Shown: piece after piece, positions 61,839 through 64,000 of the stretch
Position numbering within the stretch: position 1 is the stretch's first letter
How the letters are laid out: every line of letters begins with the position of its first letter
Assembly: GCA_963772725.1 (NCBI GenBank)
Contig: CAVYYI010000001.1
Span: 256,001 to 320,000, forward strand
Length of the DNA: 64,000 bases
Reading direction: 5' to 3'
Origin: an uncultured Phycisphaerales bacterium
Lineage (GTDB): Bacteria > Planctomycetota > Phycisphaerae > Sedimentisphaerales > Anaerobacaceae
Translations under genes and position numbers: made by a program
The notes under the pieces: model-generated
Databases searched by the model: none
Told to the model about the DNA's origin: nothing
What the model saw: only the letters and a program-made list of their open reading frames with translations

Positions 61839-64000
61839 ATGAAACAATCGAAATTTATAGCTATTTGTGGCGTATTGGCTTTATTGATAAGTAACTCTGT
61901 ATGGTTTGCATCTTATACTAATGCGGATACACAGAAAACAAAGTTTCTGGAGAACAAGCAGTATAAAGTTCAGCTTCTTGATGATGCGTCAGTTGAAATT
62001 ACCTGTAACGGGCACTCGGCTTTTCGCTTCGAGCCGAATTTTACAGTTCTCTATAGTTCAACACAGGTACTTTTAACCTCTGACAGGATTTCTAATCCGT
62101 ATTATCGTGTTATCGCATGGCAAAAGTCAGGCAATAAAGAGAAAACAAAAGATTTATTTAAAGCTGCCCAAGTAATAAATATAAAAGCCGTACAGGCGAA
62201 GCAGACAGCTAATCAGCTTAGCTGGATTTTTCCCGAACATCCCTTGTTCAGTCTAAGAGCCGAACTAAGTGTGCCGGATGGAAAAGGTGAGCCGCAGATT
62301 CGGTTCCAGTTTGTTCCTAAAAACAATGGATGGTATTCCATAGGTTATACCGGCGCCCCTGAGATGTCACTTGCTAAGATTGATTCGCTCTGGCAGCCGC
62401 TGATGTGGTGCGAAAAGCGTCTTCCGGAAGAATCGTATTTAACAGAAGAGGCCCGCTGTACCATACCAGCAGCAATGGTGAGCGTTTCAGGTCAGACGTT
62501 CAGCGTTGTTGTTGAGCCGACGCAGATACCGTATCGAATGCCGGGCGAACTGTTCGGTGTCGCGGTACGCAATAGTAAAGGTAATGTTCAGCCGATGGCT
62601 TTTGCCCCGATTTTAGGAGGCCAGGGTTCTAAAATGGAAACTGGAAAACCTTTTAATTTTAAAGTCCTGTTGCTTGTTTATCCGGGCGATTTCAGTAAAA
62701 CATTTGAATATGCGGCTCGCAATATTTTCAGTTTTCGGGATTGCCGGGTTAATACACTTTGCACATTAAACCAAACGCTGGATAATATGATAGATTATGC
62801 GATGGGGCCGTGGGCACGATTTGATGAAAAAGCCAAAGGCTCTTGCTACGACCAGGATGTTGCTGGAGGTATCAAAAACGTAAGCCCGCTCCATCCCCTC
62901 GGAGTTTCGATTGTTACTGATGATGAAGATATTTTTCTAAAGCGTGTCTGGCCTATGACAGAATATGTACTTTCGAGGGAGAAATTTCTTTTCAAGGCTG
63001 GTGATAAGCCAGGCCAGGGTTCATCAAATAAAATGACAGGCCCCTGTGCGCCCGTATCAGAGCTGGCATCTCTGTATCGAATGTCCAACTATCGTACGCC
63101 TGTTTTTTTGCATTTAGTAAAAGAACTTTACCAGGTGGACCGAACGCTGAATATGGAATGGGTAACAAAAGGAGGCACATGGCAAATGTTGCTGGCGGTA
63201 TATCGTGCAACCGGCGACCGAAAGTATCTTGATGATGCTGTTGCCAAGGCGAACAGTTATATCAGCCAGCGCATTGACAAGCCTCAATACGATTTCAAGG
63301 AAGCTGGCACAGGCACATTCTGGGATTATATGTATCCGGCCTGGAAAGACCTGTTTGAACTTTACGAAGAAACCGGTAATCCCAAATTTCTCGATGCTGC
63401 GGCTAAAGGCGCTCGCGAATATGCCTCGCTGGTCTGGTTTTATCCGCCGATTCCTGATAAAAATATAGTTGTGAATAAAGGCGGCGTTGCGCCAACACGC
63501 GGACACCGTAATGCGCCGCCGATAAAAGTGCCGCAGGAGACTGTGCCTGCATGGCGCACCTCCGAGGTTGGTTTGATTTGTGAAGGCAACGGAACTGCGG
63601 CCCGGCTGGGTATTTTTCTTGCGACTCATGCGCCGTATTTTCTGCGTCTGGCTCACTACACGAACGATGAGTTTCTGCGCGACATTGGCCGTTCCGCTAT
63701 AATCGGACGATACTCTAATTTCCCCGGGTATCACATGAATACTGAATATACAACCGTATTCGAAAAACTCGATTTTCCATTCAGACCCCTTAAGGAATTT
63801 ACAATTACATCTATGCACTATAACCATATCTGGCCGCAGGTTGCGTTTGTACTTGATTATCTTATAACTGATGCCTTTGACAGGTCTGACGGCAAAATAG
63901 ATTTTCCATCTGAATACGTGGAGGCGTATGCGTATCTGCAGAGCAAAGTTTACGGTGACAAACCCGGCAAATTTTATGATGATAAAAATGTCCGGCTTTG
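61839..64000 (+). CDS. Secreted 'family X' protein, copy 4; runs off the window
   Basis: AAGGA RBS, MKQSKFIAICGVLALL...; frame consistent to the window end; WQPLMWCEKRLP, FAPILGG, YRATGDRKYL, PQETVPAWRTS, GRYSNFPGY, MHYNH, YGDKPGKFYD. Confidence 0.88.
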   Translation, partial: MKQSKFIAICGVLALLISNSVWFASYTNADTQKTKFLENKQYKVQLLDDASVEITCNGHSAFRFEPNFTVLYSSTQVLLTSDRISNPYYRVIAWQKSGNKEKTKDLFKAAQVINIKAVQAKQTANQLSWIFPEHPLFSLRAELSVPDGKGEPQIRFQFVPKNNGWYSIGYTGAPEMSLAKIDSLWQPLMWCEKRLPEESYLTEEARCTIPAAMVSVSGQTFSVVVEPTQIPYRMPGELFGVAVRNSKGNVQPMAFAPILGGQGSKMETGKPFNFKVLLLVYPGDFSKTFEYAARNIFSFRDCRVNTLCTLNQTLDNMIDYAMGPWARFDEKAKGSCYDQDVAGGIKNVSPLHPLGVSIVTDDEDIFLKRVWPMTEYVLSREKFLFKAGDKPGQGSSNKMTGPCAPVSELASLYRMSNYRTPVFLHLVKELYQVDRTLNMEWVTKGGTWQMLLAVYRATGDRKYLDDAVAKANSYISQRIDKPQYDFKEAGTGTFWDYMYPAWKDLFELYEETGNPKFLDAAAKGAREYASLVWFYPPIPDKNIVVNKGGVAPTRGHRNAPPIKVPQETVPAWRTSEVGLICEGNGTAARLGIFLATHAPYFLRLAHYTNDEFLRDIGRSAIIGRYSNFPGYHMNTEYTTVFEKLDFPFRPLKEFTITSMHYNHIWPQVAFVLDYLITDAFDRSDGKIDFPSEYVEAYAYLQSKVYGDKPGKFYDDKNVRL

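Noticed and set aside
57440..63827. Longer antisense ORFs (57440-58051, 58421-59125, 63114-63827)
   Set aside because: Shadow frames of well-supported plus-strand genes

Overview
A single carbohydrate-degradation gene cluster fills the whole 64 kb window and runs off both ends. The dockerin-like/LamG surface proteins ending in ...LWP suggest a Planctomycetota host (Phycisphaerae/Sedimentisphaerales-like); this is inference. A central XylR-type LacI/AraC regulator (12873-14045) and a cytoplasmic FAD oxidoreductase separate two arms. The leftward arm holds two paralogous beta-helix/CBM/LamG/dockerin-like surface proteins, a GH2 and one member of an uncharacterised family ('family X'). The rightward arm is a ~47 kb co-oriented run of secreted proteins: 2 SGNH esterases, a DUF4185-like propeller, 2 GH106, 3 more family-X proteins, a degenerate GH24 lysozyme-like protein, 7 GH95, an S1 sulfatase, a CBM-esterase, a GH36/Sip1, a high-GC FGE+BNR protein and a GH31. 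No transporter, rRNA/tRNA, CRISPR array or mobile element was seen. Main findings: (i) a five-site tandem operator (CGCAAAATGGT-type pairs, 21-bp period), four abutting sigma70 -35 boxes; (ii) four paralogs of a candidate new CAZyme family; (iii) a GH95 array with systematically altered catalytic residues, including a natural equivalent of the AfcA D766G glycosynthase change; (iv) reuse of gene ends and signal-peptide junctions between paralogs and between unrelated genes. Several single-base frameshifts look like long-read consensus errors.
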